Made by a program: the position numbers and the translations under genes. The notes beneath the pieces were generated by a model. It was not told the origin of the DNA and ran no database searches. It saw only the letters and a program-made list of their open reading frames with translations. Below are positions 40,525 through 51,005 of a DNA stretch of 64,000 bases, one piece after another; positions within the stretch are counted from its first letter, which is position 1, and every line of letters starts with the position of its first letter. The stretch is from Tagaea sp. CACIAM 22H2. GTDB taxonomy: Bacteria; Pseudomonadota; Alphaproteobacteria; CACIAM-22H2. Location: NCBI GenBank assembly GCA_014444615.1, contig PVXE01000015.1, positions 12,124-76,123 on the forward strand, written 5' to 3'.

Positions 40525-42214
40525 CGAAGCGGTTGACGATCGCCAGCAACGCCACCGTGCCGACGATGGTGAGCGCCGAGATCGCATGCACCGTCGGCTC
40601 CAGGCTGAACGACGCTTCGGCGTAGATGCGTACCGGCAGCGTCTGCATGCGCGCGGTCGTCAGGAACGACGTCACCGTCACCTCGCCGAACGAGATGAGG
40701 AAGGCGAGTATGCCCGCGACCGCCAGGCCCGGCGCTAAGTTCGGCAGAATCGTCGTGACGAAGACGAGGCCGCGCGTGGCGCCCAGCGACGAAGCCGCTT
40801 CTTCCAAGCTGCGGTCGAGTTGCAGCACCGAGGTGCGCAACATCGAAATGCAGAAGGGCAGAATCACGACCACATGCACCATCACCAAGCCCCAGAAAGG
40901 CGGGATGGCGATGAACCATTGCAGCAGGCGCAGCATGCCCACCGCGATGGCGACATGCGGCAAGGCCAAAGGCAGCATCCAAAACGCGGCGACGGTGCTT
41001 TTGCCCGGAAACTCCGCGCGCACCAGCGCGAACGCGGCGGGCAAGGCGAGCGCCAGCGCGATCAGCATCGAGATCAGCGCGAGTTCCAGCGAATTCCGTG
41101 CATCGCGCAAATAGGTCGAGGCATCGAATGCCGCCGCGTACCATTTGAACGTGAAGGCGCGGAACCCCGCGACGCTCGCTTGCGGCACGTCGTTGAACGA
41201 CTGCACGACCACCAGCGTCAGCGGGAAGATCAGCAGGAAGATCGCGAGGCCGAGCAATACGCGCGCGACGATCCCGCCCGCCGCATCACCCAGCGCCACC
41301 AGCTTGCGCGCGAGTTCCGGCGGCAATTCGAAAGCGAGCGGCTTCGCCCCCGCCTTTTGCAGCCACGGCGTCAGCGCGCGCACCACGCGTTCGGCCAGCA
41401 CCGCGAAGGCAATGCCCCAGACCAGCATGATGACCGCCATCGCGGCGGCGGTCGGCGCGTTGAGATTGGTCAGCGCTTCCTGCCACACGATCATGCCGGC
41501 GACCCAAACCTTCTTGCCGCCCAGAATGGTCGCCGAAACATAGGCCGTCGAGGCGAGCAGGAAGACGATGGTGAGCCCGGCGCGCAAACCCGGCAGCGAC
41601 AAGGGCAGCGTGACCGCGAAGAAGCGCCGGATGCGCGAAGCGCCCAACGACGCGGCCGCTTCGTCCAAGCGCTTGTCGGCCTGCACGAGGGAGTCGTACA
41701 GCGCCAGCACCATGAACGGCAGAAAGACCTGCGTGAGTGCCAAGCCCACCGCAAAATGCGTGAACAGCCAGCCTTGCGGGCGGCCGAGGCCGAGCGGCGA
41801 CAGCAGCCCGTTCACCAACCCGTCGGGGGCGAGCAGCAGCACGATGCCGAGCGAACGCACGACCACGTTGGTCAGCAGCGGGATCAACACGATAGCAAAG
41901 GCGTAAGGCCGCCATTGGGCGGGCAGGCGCGCGAGCCACAAAGCGAGCGGATAGCCGAGCGTGGCGGCGGCGAGCGTCACGCCCAAGCCCAGCAGGATCG
42001 TGCTCGCGATCGTCTCGATATAGTAGCTGTCGCCCAGGATTGTCGCGAACTGCGCGAGGCTGGGCATCAACGAAATGGGCGCGAACGGATCGGGCGATTC
42101 CTGTACCGCCAGCAGCAGCACGATCGCCATCGGGGCCGCGAAAGCGACCAGCAACCACAAAGTGGCCGGGACGGCGAGCGCCATCCCGGCCAGTGTTTGA
42201 CGAACCGTGTTCAC
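40496..42214 (-). CDS. ABC transporter permease, fused double permease (PotB/PotC-like)
   Basis: 572 aa with two repeated permease halves. Each half has an EAA-type loop (DEAAASLGASRIRRFFAVTLPL and EEAASSLGATRGLVFVTTILP). Confidence 0.85.
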   Translation of the reverse strand: MNTVRQTLAGMALAVPATLWLLVAFAAPMAIVLLLAVQESPDPFAPISLMPSLAQFATILGDSYYIETIASTILLGLGVTLAAATLGYPLALWLARLPAQWRPYAFAIVLIPLLTNVVVRSLGIVLLLAPDGLVNGLLSPLGLGRPQGWLFTHFAVGLALTQVFLPFMVLALYDSLVQADKRLDEAAASLGASRIRRFFAVTLPLSLPGLRAGLTIVFLLASTAYVSATILGGKKVWVAGMIVWQEALTNLNAPTAAAMAVIMLVWGIAFAVLAERVVRALTPWLQKAGAKPLAFELPPELARKLVALGDAAGGIVARVLLGLAIFLLIFPLTLVVVQSFNDVPQASVAGFRAFTFKWYAAAFDASTYLRDARNSLELALISMLIALALALPAAFALVRAEFPGKSTVAAFWMLPLALPHVAIAVGMLRLLQWFIAIPPFWGLVMVHVVVILPFCISMLRTSVLQLDRSLEEAASSLGATRGLVFVTTILPNLAPGLAVAGILAFLISFGEVTVTSFLTTARMQTLPVRIYAEASFSLEPTVHAISALTIVGTVALLAIVNRFVKLDRVWAR

Positions 42215-42229
42215 GTCGTGCGGGTCGAA

Positions 42230-43267
42230 TCAGCCCGCGATTTCGCGGTTGAAGCGCGACGTCCACGCCGCCTGCTGCGCGATCACGTGGTCCCAATCGA
42301 AGTCGACCAGCTTGTTCACGTCGGCCCCCAGCACCAGCTTGGGCGCCAGATCGGCCGGGATGTTTAAGCCCGATACGGTCGGCGAATAATAGATGTCGCG
42401 CGCGTATTGCATCTGGCAGGCTTCCGACAGATGCAGGTCGATGAACGCTTCGACCAGCGCCTGATTCTTGGTGCCGACCGTCGGGCAGGCGACGTTGGTC
42501 GCGATGACCTGGCCTTCGACCGGATTGGCGATGGCGATGTTCGGGTTGCGGCTTTCGGCGTAGGAGCGCGTGAAGGAACCGAACTCAATCGAGATATCGG
42601 CCACACCCTGATCGAACATCGTATAGAGCTGGTCCTGGCTGCCCTGGATCGCGGCGAAGGGCTTGAGCTCGCGGATTTTCGCGAAGCCCGGATCGATCGC
42701 GCGCTCGGAGCCGCCGAACAGCTTGGCGACCATCAACAGCGCCGCCGTGCCCTGGGCGCCCGGATAGGACGGCCACGCGATGCGGCCCTTCCATTCCGGC
42801 TTCCACAAATCCTTCCACGACGTCACTTCGCCCTTGCGCTTGTCGTAGACGACCGTGACCGGATTGAACGCGACGCCATAGCCGCCGAGCTTGGCGGATT
42901 CGTAGAGATTCTTGGCGTTGGGCACGCGGTCGATCGCCGGGGCTTGCGTCACACCGTCGCGCACCGCCTGACGGCTCTCGAAGATGTTCAGATAGATGAG
43001 ATCGAAGGACGGACGGCCGCGCTCTTGATAGGCGCGCGCGCGCCGTTCCGGCGTGCCGCCGAGAACGTAGTTGATCTTGACGCCGTATTTCTCCTCCAGC
43101 GGCCGCACGATGTGCTGGCGGGTGATGCGTTCTTGCGCGCCGCCCCAAATGCCGACGACCAGTTCATCGCCGCGGCGGATCTGCGCGACGGCGTTGAGCC
43201 CGAAGATCGCGGGCGAAGCGAGCGTGGCGCCGGCGGTGGCGGCCAACAGGCGGCGGCGGGAAATCAT
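42230..43267 (-). CDS. ABC transporter substrate-binding protein (PotD/PotF-like) with Tat-type signal
   Basis: MISRRRLLAATAGATLASPAIFG... ATG 43267 overlaps the ATPase stop (ATGA). The track ORF extension to 43672 was discarded. Confidence 0.8.
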   Translation of the reverse strand: MISRRRLLAATAGATLASPAIFGLNAVAQIRRGDELVVGIWGGAQERITRQHIVRPLEEKYGVKINYVLGGTPERRARAYQERGRPSFDLIYLNIFESRQAVRDGVTQAPAIDRVPNAKNLYESAKLGGYGVAFNPVTVVYDKRKGEVTSWKDLWKPEWKGRIAWPSYPGAQGTAALLMVAKLFGGSERAIDPGFAKIRELKPFAAIQGSQDQLYTMFDQGVADISIEFGSFTRSYAESRNPNIAIANPVEGQVIATNVACPTVGTKNQALVEAFIDLHLSEACQMQYARDIYYSPTVSGLNIPADLAPKLVLGADVNKLVDFDWDHVIAQQAAWTSRFNREIAG

Positions 43268-44334
43268 GCGGAAGCTCCTTGGTTGAGGTCGATGGAACGG
43301 GAAATCCAGGCGATCGCGTCGTCGTCGCCGGCGAGGAAACATTCTTCGCCCAAAGCGGGGATCGCCTCGCTCGAGGGGCGGATGACACGGATCGAAGCAC
43401 CGGCGGCGTCGATCGCCAGATCGTGGAAATCGCCGAGATAGGCGACGTCGCGCACGATCCCGCGCGCGAGGAAACGCCCCGCGCCCAAAGCGCGGCTCAC
43501 GCGCAGCCTTGCGGCGCGCAGCACGATCAACTCGGCGTCTTCGGGCGTGTCGGGCCCGACCGCGCAGCGCGCGCCGTCGGGCAACGCGAACAAGCCGCCC
43601 GCGCGCGCGCCCTTGATGACGGTGCGCGCCCCCAGAAATTCGGCGGTGAAGCGATGCCGGGGCGCGTCGCACAAGGCTTGCGGATCGGCGACTTCGACCA
43701 AGCGGCCGTGATCCATCACGGCGATGCGATCGGACATGGCCAGCGCTTCGGCCTGATCATGGGTCACGAACACCGTGGTGATCGACAAGCGGCGCTGCAG
43801 CGCACGGATTTCGTTGCGCATCTCGGCGCGCAACGCGGCGTCGAGATTCGACAAGGGCTCGTCGAGCAGCAGCACGTCGGGCTCGATCACCAACGCGCGC
43901 GCCAACGCCACGCGCTGCTGCTGGCCGCCGGAAAGCTGGGCAGGATAACGCTCGGCCAAATGCGCGAGGCCGACGAGTTCCAGCGCCGCTTTCACGCGTG
44001 TCGCGCGATCGGGCTTGTTCACGAAGCGCATGCGCAGGCCGAAGCCGACATTGTCCGCGACCGTCAGATGCGGGAACAGCGCGTAATTCTGGAAGACGTA
44101 GCCGATATTGCGCCGATGGGGGGCGGCGTTCTGGACTTCCCGGCCGCCGACGCGGATGGCGCCGGACACGGGCGTCACGAACCCCGCGATCATGCGCAGC
44201 GTGGTGGTTTTCCCGCAGCCCGAGGGGCCCAGGATGGACAGCAATTCGCCCTTCCCGGCGGTCAGCGTCAGATCGTTGACGACCGGCGTTTTCCCGTATT
44301 GGGCGCAAACATTGGCGATTTCCAGAAACGGCAT
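43264..44334 (-). CDS. ABC transporter ATP-binding protein (PotA/MalK-like)
   Basis: GPSGCGKTT, LSGGQQQRVALARAL and LLLDEPLSNLD, plus a C-terminal regulatory-type domain. Confidence 0.9.
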   Translation of the reverse strand: MPFLEIANVCAQYGKTPVVNDLTLTAGKGELLSILGPSGCGKTTTLRMIAGFVTPVSGAIRVGGREVQNAAPHRRNIGYVFQNYALFPHLTVADNVGFGLRMRFVNKPDRATRVKAALELVGLAHLAERYPAQLSGGQQQRVALARALVIEPDVLLLDEPLSNLDAALRAEMRNEIRALQRRLSITTVFVTHDQAEALAMSDRIAVMDHGRLVEVADPQALCDAPRHRFTAEFLGARTVIKGARAGGLFALPDGARCAVGPDTPEDAELIVLRAARLRVSRALGAGRFLARGIVRDVAYLGDFHDLAIDAAGASIRVIRPSSEAIPALGEECFLAGDDDAIAWISRSIDLNQGASA

Positions 44335-44370
44335 TCGGCAAACCTCGACGAGCGCCTTTTACAGCAATCG

Positions 44371-45480
44371 CTATGCCAATACAGCCAAAGACCCCAGAAT
44401 CGTGCGCGCTTCGACCGAAGCCCAATCCCATTCGATACCCAGACCCGGCAAAGCCGACGCCTGGGCCATGCCGCCGGTGATTTTGACCCGGCTGGCGGCG
44501 ATTTGATCGAGCTGGGGAATGTATTCAAGCCACAGCGAATTGGGCACCGCGCAGCACAAGGCGAGGTGCAGCTCCATCAGGAAATGCGGCGCCACGTTCA
44601 CATTCGCGCATTCGGCCATATGGGCGACTTTGAGCCACGGCGTGATCCCGCCGATGCGCGCCACATCGACCTGCACCAGACCGCAAGCGTTGCGCTTCAG
44701 GTACTCGGCAAAATGGCCGGGTGAATACAGTGATTCGCCCACCGCGATCGGCAGGCTGGTCCCGGCCTGCAGGCGGACATGTCCGTCGATATCGTCGGCG
44801 GGCAGCGGCTCCTCGAACCAGTCGAGATCGACGCGCTCGTAGAGTTTCGCGCGACGCAGCGCCTCGGCCGCGGTGAAGCGCTGATTGGCGTCGACCATCA
44901 GCGCGAAGCCACGCCCCGTGGCCTGGCGCACCGCCTGTAGGCGTTCGAGGTCCTCGCCGCCGGTCGGCTTGCCGACTTTGACCTTGGCGCCCTTGAAGCC
45001 TTCTTCCTTCGCTTTGACCGCTTCGGCGACCAGCAATTCGGTCGAATGATGGAGCCAGCCGCCTTCGGTCGTATAGACGGGGATTGCGTCCTTCGCCCCG
45101 CCCGCTTCGACGTGTAAAGGCCGCCCGGCCTTGCGGCAGCGCAGATCCCACAGCGCGGTGTCGATCGCGGCCATCGCCAGCGCCGTGATCGCCCCCACCG
45201 TCGTCGCATGGGTGTGGAACAACATGCCGTTCCACAACCGCTCGACGAACGCCGCGTCCTTGCCCAGCAGAAACGGCCCCAGATGATCGCGCAGCAATGC
45301 GACGACCGACGAGCCGCCGGTGCCGATCGTGTAGCTGTAGCCCGTACCGACCGCGCCATCGGCGTCCCAGATACGCACGATCGGCGTTTCCTGACGCACG
45401 AAGCTTTGAATGGCGTCGGTGCGCACAACGGGCGGCATGAGATCGACCTGACGTATCTCCACGCGCACGATTTTGGCCAT
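44371..45480 (-). CDS. Enolase-superfamily enzyme, mandelate racemase/muconate lactonizing subgroup
   Basis: KxK (GAKVKVGKP), metal ligands in MVDANQRF / WFEEPL / AVGESL, and APHF. It is the first gene of the ABC transporter operon. Confidence 0.85.
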   Translation of the reverse strand: MAKIVRVEIRQVDLMPPVVRTDAIQSFVRQETPIVRIWDADGAVGTGYSYTIGTGGSSVVALLRDHLGPFLLGKDAAFVERLWNGMLFHTHATTVGAITALAMAAIDTALWDLRCRKAGRPLHVEAGGAKDAIPVYTTEGGWLHHSTELLVAEAVKAKEEGFKGAKVKVGKPTGGEDLERLQAVRQATGRGFALMVDANQRFTAAEALRRAKLYERVDLDWFEEPLPADDIDGHVRLQAGTSLPIAVGESLYSPGHFAEYLKRNACGLVQVDVARIGGITPWLKVAHMAECANVNVAPHFLMELHLALCCAVPNSLWLEYIPQLDQIAASRVKITGGMAQASALPGLGIEWDWASVEARTILGSLAVLA

Positions 45481-45566
45481 TTCATTCCCCCCGAATTTCC
45501 GGTTACATTAACCGCACAATTGCGGATCGGGAACGCCTGACCGCGCAAAAACAGGGGGTTACGCAT

Positions 45567-46568
45567 ATGAACGTCGCGAAATTTTCCCGCGTGGCGGGCG
45601 CTTTGGCGCTGGCGGCGCTGCTCTTCGGTCCCGGCTCGGCGGATGCGCAGCAGCGCCTGAAATGGGCCCATGTCTACGAGACGAACGAGCCCTATCACAC
45701 CGAAGCGGTGTGGGCAGCGCAGGAAATTCAGCGCCGGACCAATAACCGTTACGCGATCGACGTTCACGCCGCGTCGGCGCTGGGCAACGAACAACAGATC
45801 AATCAGGCGCTGCCGCTGGGCACGATCGACATCATCTATACGGGTGCCGCCTTCGCCGGCGCTTCGTTCCCGCCGATCGCGATTTCCAACGCGCCCTACA
45901 TGTTCCGCGACTTCGACCACTGGAAGGCGTATTCGGAATCGCCGCTGTTCCAGGAATTGTCGAAGGGCTACAACGACAAGACGCGCAATCAGATCGTCGC
46001 CTTCACCTATTACGGCGCGCGCCACACGACCGCCAACAAGGCGATCAATACGCCCGCCGATATGCGCGCGATGAAGCTGCGCGTGCCCCAAGCGCCGCTT
46101 TACCTGATGTACGCCAAGGCCGTGGGCGCCAACGCCACGCCGATCGCGTTCGCGGAGGTGTATCTCGCCCTGCAGAACAAGACGGTCGACGGCCAGGAAA
46201 ATCCGCTGCCGACGATCCAGGCGAAGAAGTTCTACGAAGTGCAGACCCATATCAACCTGACGAGCCATATCTTCGAATCGCTCGTCACGGTGATCGGGCC
46301 GTCGACCTGGGGCCGACTGTCGGCCGACGACAAGAAGACGTTCGAAACGGTGCTGAAGGAAGCCGCCGCCCGCGCGACGACGGCGATCCGCACGGCCGAA
46401 TTGCAGCTGCCCGAGTGGTTCAAGCAGCAGGGCAAGACGGTCGTGACGCCCAACACCGCCGCCTTCATCGAAGCCGCCAAGCCGCTGCATAACGACGCGT
46501 CGGCGGGTGCGGGCTGGACGAAGGACCATTACGACCGCCTGCAGGCGCTTGGCCGCCGCGGGAGCTGA
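45567..46568 (+). CDS. dctP: TRAP transporter substrate-binding protein
   Basis: Signal peptide, then the DctP-family sequence (LKWAHVYETNEPYH..., LRVPQAPLY). Confidence 0.85.
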   Translation: MNVAKFSRVAGALALAALLFGPGSADAQQRLKWAHVYETNEPYHTEAVWAAQEIQRRTNNRYAIDVHAASALGNEQQINQALPLGTIDIIYTGAAFAGASFPPIAISNAPYMFRDFDHWKAYSESPLFQELSKGYNDKTRNQIVAFTYYGARHTTANKAINTPADMRAMKLRVPQAPLYLMYAKAVGANATPIAFAEVYLALQNKTVDGQENPLPTIQAKKFYEVQTHINLTSHIFESLVTVIGPSTWGRLSADDKKTFETVLKEAAARATTAIRTAELQLPEWFKQQGKTVVTPNTAAFIEAAKPLHNDASAGAGWTKDHYDRLQALGRRGS

Positions 46569-46589
46569 AGTTTCGACACGATCGAGGGC

Positions 46590-46625
46590 GGGGGCCCGGC
46601 CGTTGCGGGCCCCCGTTTCGTTTTA
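46590..46625 (+). terminator. Intrinsic terminator/attenuator between dctP and dctQ
   Basis: GGGGGCCCG-GCCGTTG-CGGGCCCCC is a perfect 9-bp GC stem. It is followed by GTTTCGTTTTA. Confidence 0.6.
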
Positions 46626-46651
46626 GACGTATCGCCGGGAGCATTTCACAC

Positions 46652-47215
46652 GTGAGCCAAGCCAATAACGGACCCGATCTGGGCGATCCTACGATCGGCC
46701 ATTCGGACGATGTTCCCGTCGATCTGCGCGACTACGGCCCCGAGGATTGGGCGGCTTTCGCGCTGTTCTGGGCCCTCGCCTTCGTCGTCTTCCTGCAATT
46801 CTTCTCGCGCTACGTCCTGAACGATTCCGTCGCCTGGACCGAGGAAATCGCGCGCTATCTGCTGATGACCGTGACCTTCGTGGGCGGCGGCATGGCCGTT
46901 CGCAAGATGACGCATATCCATGTCGAGTTCCTTTACGTCTACATGCCGCGAAACGTCGCCCGCGCCGCATCGGTCATGGTCGACCTGATCCGCATCGGCT
47001 TCTTCGCCTACGCCACCTATCTTTCGTGGTTCGTGACCGAAATCATGATGAACCAGCGCATGGTGGTCATCGACCTGCCGATGGCCTGGATCTACGCGCC
47101 CTGCATGATCGGCATCGGCATCATGACCCTGCGTTCCGTTCAAGTCGCCTTGCGCCATTGGCGCGAAGGCGACAGCCCGCTCACCCGCGTCAGCATCGAG
47201 GGCCGCCATCAATGA
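46652..47215 (+). CDS. dctQ: TRAP transporter small permease
   Basis: 187 aa with 4 TM segments and a GTG start. The stop overlaps the dctM ATG (ATGA). Confidence 0.8.
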   Translation: MSQANNGPDLGDPTIGHSDDVPVDLRDYGPEDWAAFALFWALAFVVFLQFFSRYVLNDSVAWTEEIARYLLMTVTFVGGGMAVRKMTHIHVEFLYVYMPRNVARAASVMVDLIRIGFFAYATYLSWFVTEIMMNQRMVVIDLPMAWIYAPCMIGIGIMTLRSVQVALRHWREGDSPLTRVSIEGRHQ

Positions 47216-48489
47216 TCGCAGCCCTGCTCCTTTCCTTCGCCGTCCTGCTATGCGTGGGCGTGCCCGTCGCGATCGCGCTGGGTGGCGCGTCGCTGCTCTA
47301 TATCGTGCTCGAGGGCACGACCCCGCATCTGGTGGTCATCTACCGCATGATGGCGGGCGTCGATTCCTTCCCGCTGCTGGCGATTCCGTTCTTCATCATG
47401 GCGGGATCGCTGATGAACTCGGCGGGCATCACCGAGCGTATCTATGACTTCGCGATGGCGCTGGTCGGCTGGCTGAAGGGCGGCTTGGGCCATGTCAACG
47501 TCGTCGGCTCGGTCATTTTCGCGGGCATGTCGGGCACGGCGGTCGCCGATGCGGGCGGGCTTGGCAATATCGAGATCCGCGCGATGCGCGATCACGGCTA
47601 CGACGTCGATTTCGCCGTCGGCATCACCGGCGCGTCGTCGACCGTCGGGCCGATCATTCCCCCGTCGTTGCCGCTGGTCATCTATGGCGTCATGGCCAAC
47701 GCGTCGATCGGCCAGCTGTTCGCCGCCGGATTGCTGCCGGGCCTGTTCATGGCCGCGACGATGATGGCGATGGTCGCGTGGTACGCGCATGTGCGCGGTT
47801 TCAACGCCGACGCGGTGTTCTCGTGGGCGGTGCTTGCCCACACCTCCAAGCGCGCCTTCCTGCCGCTGATGACGCCCGTGCTGCTGATCGGCGGCATGAC
47901 GACCGGCGTGTTCACGCCGACCGAAGCGGCGATCGCCGCCACCGCCTATGCGCTGTTCCTGGGCATGGTCGTCTATCGCACGCTGACGTGGCGCGGCTTG
48001 ATCCGCGTTTCGATGGAAACCATCGAGACGACGGCGATCGTGCTGCTGATCGTCGCGGGCGCGTCGATCTTCGGCTACATCATCACCACGACGCGCGTGA
48101 CCGACGAGATCGCCACGCTGGTGCTGTCGGTGACCAGCGAGCCTTGGGCGGTTTTGATGCTGGTCAACATCTTCCTGCTGATCGTCGGCTGCTTCATGGA
48201 AACGATCGCCGCGATCACCATTCTGGTGCCGGTGCTGTTGCCGTTGATGGAGAAGATCGGCGTCGATCCCGTGCATTTCGGCATCATCATGGTGCTGAAC
48301 CTGATGATCGGGCTGCTGACGCCGCCCGTCGGCATGGTGCTCTACATCCTGGCGCGCGTCGCGAATATCAGCTTCGAGCGCACGACCAAGGCCTGCGCGC
48401 CGTTCCTGATCCCGCTGGTGATATCGCTGCTGGTCGTGACCTATTGGCCGGAAATGGTGCTGTTCCTGCCCAACTACTTCTACCGCTAA
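47212..48489 (+). CDS. dctM: TRAP transporter large permease
   Basis: MIAALLLSFAVLLCVGVPVAIALGG... 425 aa and polytopic. It is the C-terminal part of track ORF 46747..48489. Confidence 0.9.
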   Translation: MIAALLLSFAVLLCVGVPVAIALGGASLLYIVLEGTTPHLVVIYRMMAGVDSFPLLAIPFFIMAGSLMNSAGITERIYDFAMALVGWLKGGLGHVNVVGSVIFAGMSGTAVADAGGLGNIEIRAMRDHGYDVDFAVGITGASSTVGPIIPPSLPLVIYGVMANASIGQLFAAGLLPGLFMAATMMAMVAWYAHVRGFNADAVFSWAVLAHTSKRAFLPLMTPVLLIGGMTTGVFTPTEAAIAATAYALFLGMVVYRTLTWRGLIRVSMETIETTAIVLLIVAGASIFGYIITTTRVTDEIATLVLSVTSEPWAVLMLVNIFLLIVGCFMETIAAITILVPVLLPLMEKIGVDPVHFGIIMVLNLMIGLLTPPVGMVLYILARVANISFERTTKACAPFLIPLVISLLVVTYWPEMVLFLPNYFYR

Positions 48490-48501
48490 GGGCGCCGGAC
48501 G

Positions 48502-49182
48502 TTACTTCGCCGCTTTGGGCGCCAGCTTGTAGCCGAGACCGCGCTGCGTTTCGATGCCGCAATCCGCACCGGCTTCGGCCAAGCGTTTGCGCAGCGCCGA
48601 AACGTAGACTTCGATCGCGTTGGACGCGATTTCGTCGCCGAAGCCGTAAAGCGCGTCTTCGAGCTGGGCGCGGCTGACGATCTGGCCGGGCCGGCGGGCG
48701 AGCGCCCCCAGCACACCCAATTCGCGCCGGGTGAGTTTGAGATCCTTGCCGTCGACCTTCGCCACCTGACCTTCGATTTCGACCTTCAGATTGCCAAGGC
48801 CGAGCGTGGCACCGGCCATGGCCGCAGGCCGGCGCAGCAGCGCCTGCACGCGCGCCACCAGCTCCTCCACGTCAAACGGCTTGGCGAGGTAGTCGTCCGC
48901 GCCCGCCTTCAATCCGGCGACGCGCTGATCGGCACGGCCACGCGCCGACAGAATTAGCACCGGAAACTGGCGTTTGGCGCGGCGCAGTTCGGAAAGGAAA
49001 TTCAGACCGTCGCCGTCGGGCAGGCTCAAATCGAGCACGAGCGCGTCGTAAGAGACGCCCGCGAGCGCCGAGCGCGCGGCTTCCACGTCGCCCGCAGTAT
49101 CGGCGGCATACCCCGCCCGGCGGAGTTGCGCGCGGGCCAGTTCGGCTACGTCTTCGTCGTCGTCGATAATCAGGATGCGCAT
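48502..49182 (-). CDS. OmpR-family DNA-binding response regulator
   Basis: MRILIIDDDED...LDLSLPDGDG...LAKPF, then a winged-helix domain (LTRRELGVLGALARRPGQIVSRAQL...VYVSALRKRL). Confidence 0.9.
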   Translation of the reverse strand: MRILIIDDDEDVAELARAQLRRAGYAADTAGDVEAARSALAGVSYDALVLDLSLPDGDGLNFLSELRRAKRQFPVLILSARGRADQRVAGLKAGADDYLAKPFDVEELVARVQALLRRPAAMAGATLGLGNLKVEIEGQVAKVDGKDLKLTRRELGVLGALARRPGQIVSRAQLEDALYGFGDEIASNAIEVYVSALRKRLAEAGADCGIETQRGLGYKLAPKAAK

Positions 49183-49292
49183 AACGGCCGATTATATATC
49201 ACGATTCGCGTAATGTTTATCGGGCTTTGGGCCCGAAATGGGCCGTCCGGCGGTTCCAACCGGCGCGGAAACGCTCTAGGCTTGCCGCCGGA

Positions 49293-51005
49293 ATGTTCAA
49301 TCCGCGCAAATGGCTCGGCGACCGCAGCGCCGCCTTGACCCTGGCGGCCCTGGCCCTGCCCGGTCTGGCGGCGTTGTGGATCGGGATCCAGATCCATCAC
49401 GAAACGCGCGCGGCGGCAGAGTCGGCGCGCGCGGGCTTCGCCCGCCTGATGGCGGCCGAGGACCTGCAAGGCCGCACGCAAGCCGCCGCGCTGGCCTTGC
49501 GCGACGGTTTGAGCGATCCAGGCCCGCGCGCCTGGGACCGCTTCGACGAAGCCATCGCGCGGCTGCAAGTGGCGCTGCAAGACCTGCGCGATCTGACCCC
49601 GCCGGGCGACACGTCGATCCAGCCGCTGGCGCAGATGATCGTGCGCGGTATCGAAATCTGGCGCGAGTTTCGCGAACTCGACCGGCTGGACCGCACGCAG
49701 GAAGCGCTGGACCGGATGGCCCAAAGCGATTATCGCGCCAACGGCGCGCGGGTCGTGGCAGCGGTCCGGCAATTGATCGCGGACGAGCGCGCGGCGGCCA
49801 TCGCCCGTCAGAATGCGCACGAGTCCAATATCGATCGGCTGCTTGCGGTGCTGGCGGTTTCGGGCACCGCGCTGGCGGGGCTTCTCGTTCTCGCCTTGCG
49901 AATGAACGCGCGCGACGCCGCGAAGCGCGCGGCGGAATCCCAACGCTGGCGGCTGGCGCTCGACTCGATGTCGGACGGGTTGTTGTACTACGACGCGGAT
50001 GGGCTGCTTGCGATGTCCAATCCGCGCGTCCACACGATGTTTCCGCAGATCGCCGATATTTTCGTGCCCGGCACGCATTTCGCCGCGGTCCTGCGCCGCG
50101 CGAATGCGGTGGGTATCTTGACCGACCCGGCCGGCATCGAAGCGCATATCGAGCGCCGCGTGAAGGAACGGCAAACCCCCGTCCAGCGCCGCGAACTGGC
50201 GCTGACCGACGGGCGCACGATCCTGATCCGCGAGGCGAACACCTCCGACGGCGGGCGCCTTCTGGTGCTGTCGGACGTGACGGCCGAAAAATCCGCCGAC
50301 CGCGCGAAAGCCGATTTCGTGTCGACCGTCAGCCACGAGTTGCGCACGCCCCTCACCTCGATCTCGGGTGCGCTGGCGCTGGTCGGCGCCGGGGCGGCCG
50401 GCGACATGCCGCCCAAAGCGCGCCAGCTGGTCGACATCGCCAACCGCAACGCCGAACGTCTTGCGCGTCTCGTCGACGATCTGCTCCAGGTCCAGCGTCT
50501 GGAAGCGCCGATCGACGATCTCAAGCTCGTGCCCGTGCCGCTCGACGCGCTGCTTGAGCGCGCAGCACGCGAGATCGGGCCGATGGCGTTGAAGCGCGGC
50601 GTGCATGTGGCGCGCACGGGCCAGGTACCGGGCGACGCGCTGGTGTGGGGCGACGAACATCGCCTGATCCAAGTGCTGCATAATCTTCTTTCCAACGCGG
50701 TCAAATTCTCGCCAGCGGGCGAGCGCGTGGAACTCGCCGCGCGGCGCGGCAGCGACCATTGGCGCATCGCCGTTTCCGATCGCGGCCCCGGCATCCCGCC
50801 CGCGTTCCGGGCGCAGGTTTTCCAGCGCTTCGCCCAGGCCGATAGCGGCGACACGCGCGCGCGCGGCGGCACGGGGCTGGGCCTATCCATCGCCAAAGCG
50901 ATCGTCGATAAATTGGGCGGGCGCATCTCGTTCGAAACCGAGATGGGAACCGGAACCACGTTCACGATCGAAATTTCGGCCGCCGAACCGGAGAGATCGG
51001 CATGA
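49293..51005 (+). CDS. Sensor histidine kinase (two TM segments around a helical periplasmic domain, PAS, HisKA, HATPase)
   Basis: H-box VSHELRTPLTSI, N-box LLSNAVKFS, G-boxes DRGPGI and [11 protein letters not shown] 49293 is preferred over TTG 49227. Confidence 0.85.
   Translation: MFNPRKWLGDRSAALTLAALALPGLAALWIGIQIHHETRAAAESARAGFARLMAAEDLQGRTQAAALALRDGLSDPGPRAWDRFDEAIARLQVALQDLRDLTPPGDTSIQPLAQMIVRGIEIWREFRELDRLDRTQEALDRMAQSDYRANGARVVAAVRQLIADERAAAIARQNAHESNIDRLLAVLAVSGTALAGLLVLALRMNARDAAKRAAESQRWRLALDSMSDGLLYYDADGLLAMSNPRVHTMFPQIADIFVPGTHFAAVLRRANAVGILTDPAGIEAHIERRVKERQTPVQRRELALTDGRTILIREANTSDGGRLLVLSDVTAEKSADRAKADFVSTVSHELRTPLTSISGALALVGAGAAGDMPPKARQLVDIANRNAERLARLVDDLLQVQRLEAPIDDLKLVPVPLDALLERAAREIGPMALKRGVHVARTGQVPGDALVWGDEHRLIQVLHNLLSNAVKFSPAGERVELAARRGSDHWRIAVSDRGPGIPPAFRAQVFQRFAQADSGDTRARGGTGLGLSIAKAIVDKLGGRISFETEMGTGTTFTIEISAAEPERSA

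Noticed and set aside
45512-45525. CCGCA-CAAT-TGCGG inverted repeat in the enolase-gene/dctP divergent region, as a possible operator
   Set aside because: The arms are only 5 bp and no regulator gene lies in the cluster. At this GC content such short palindromes are common.
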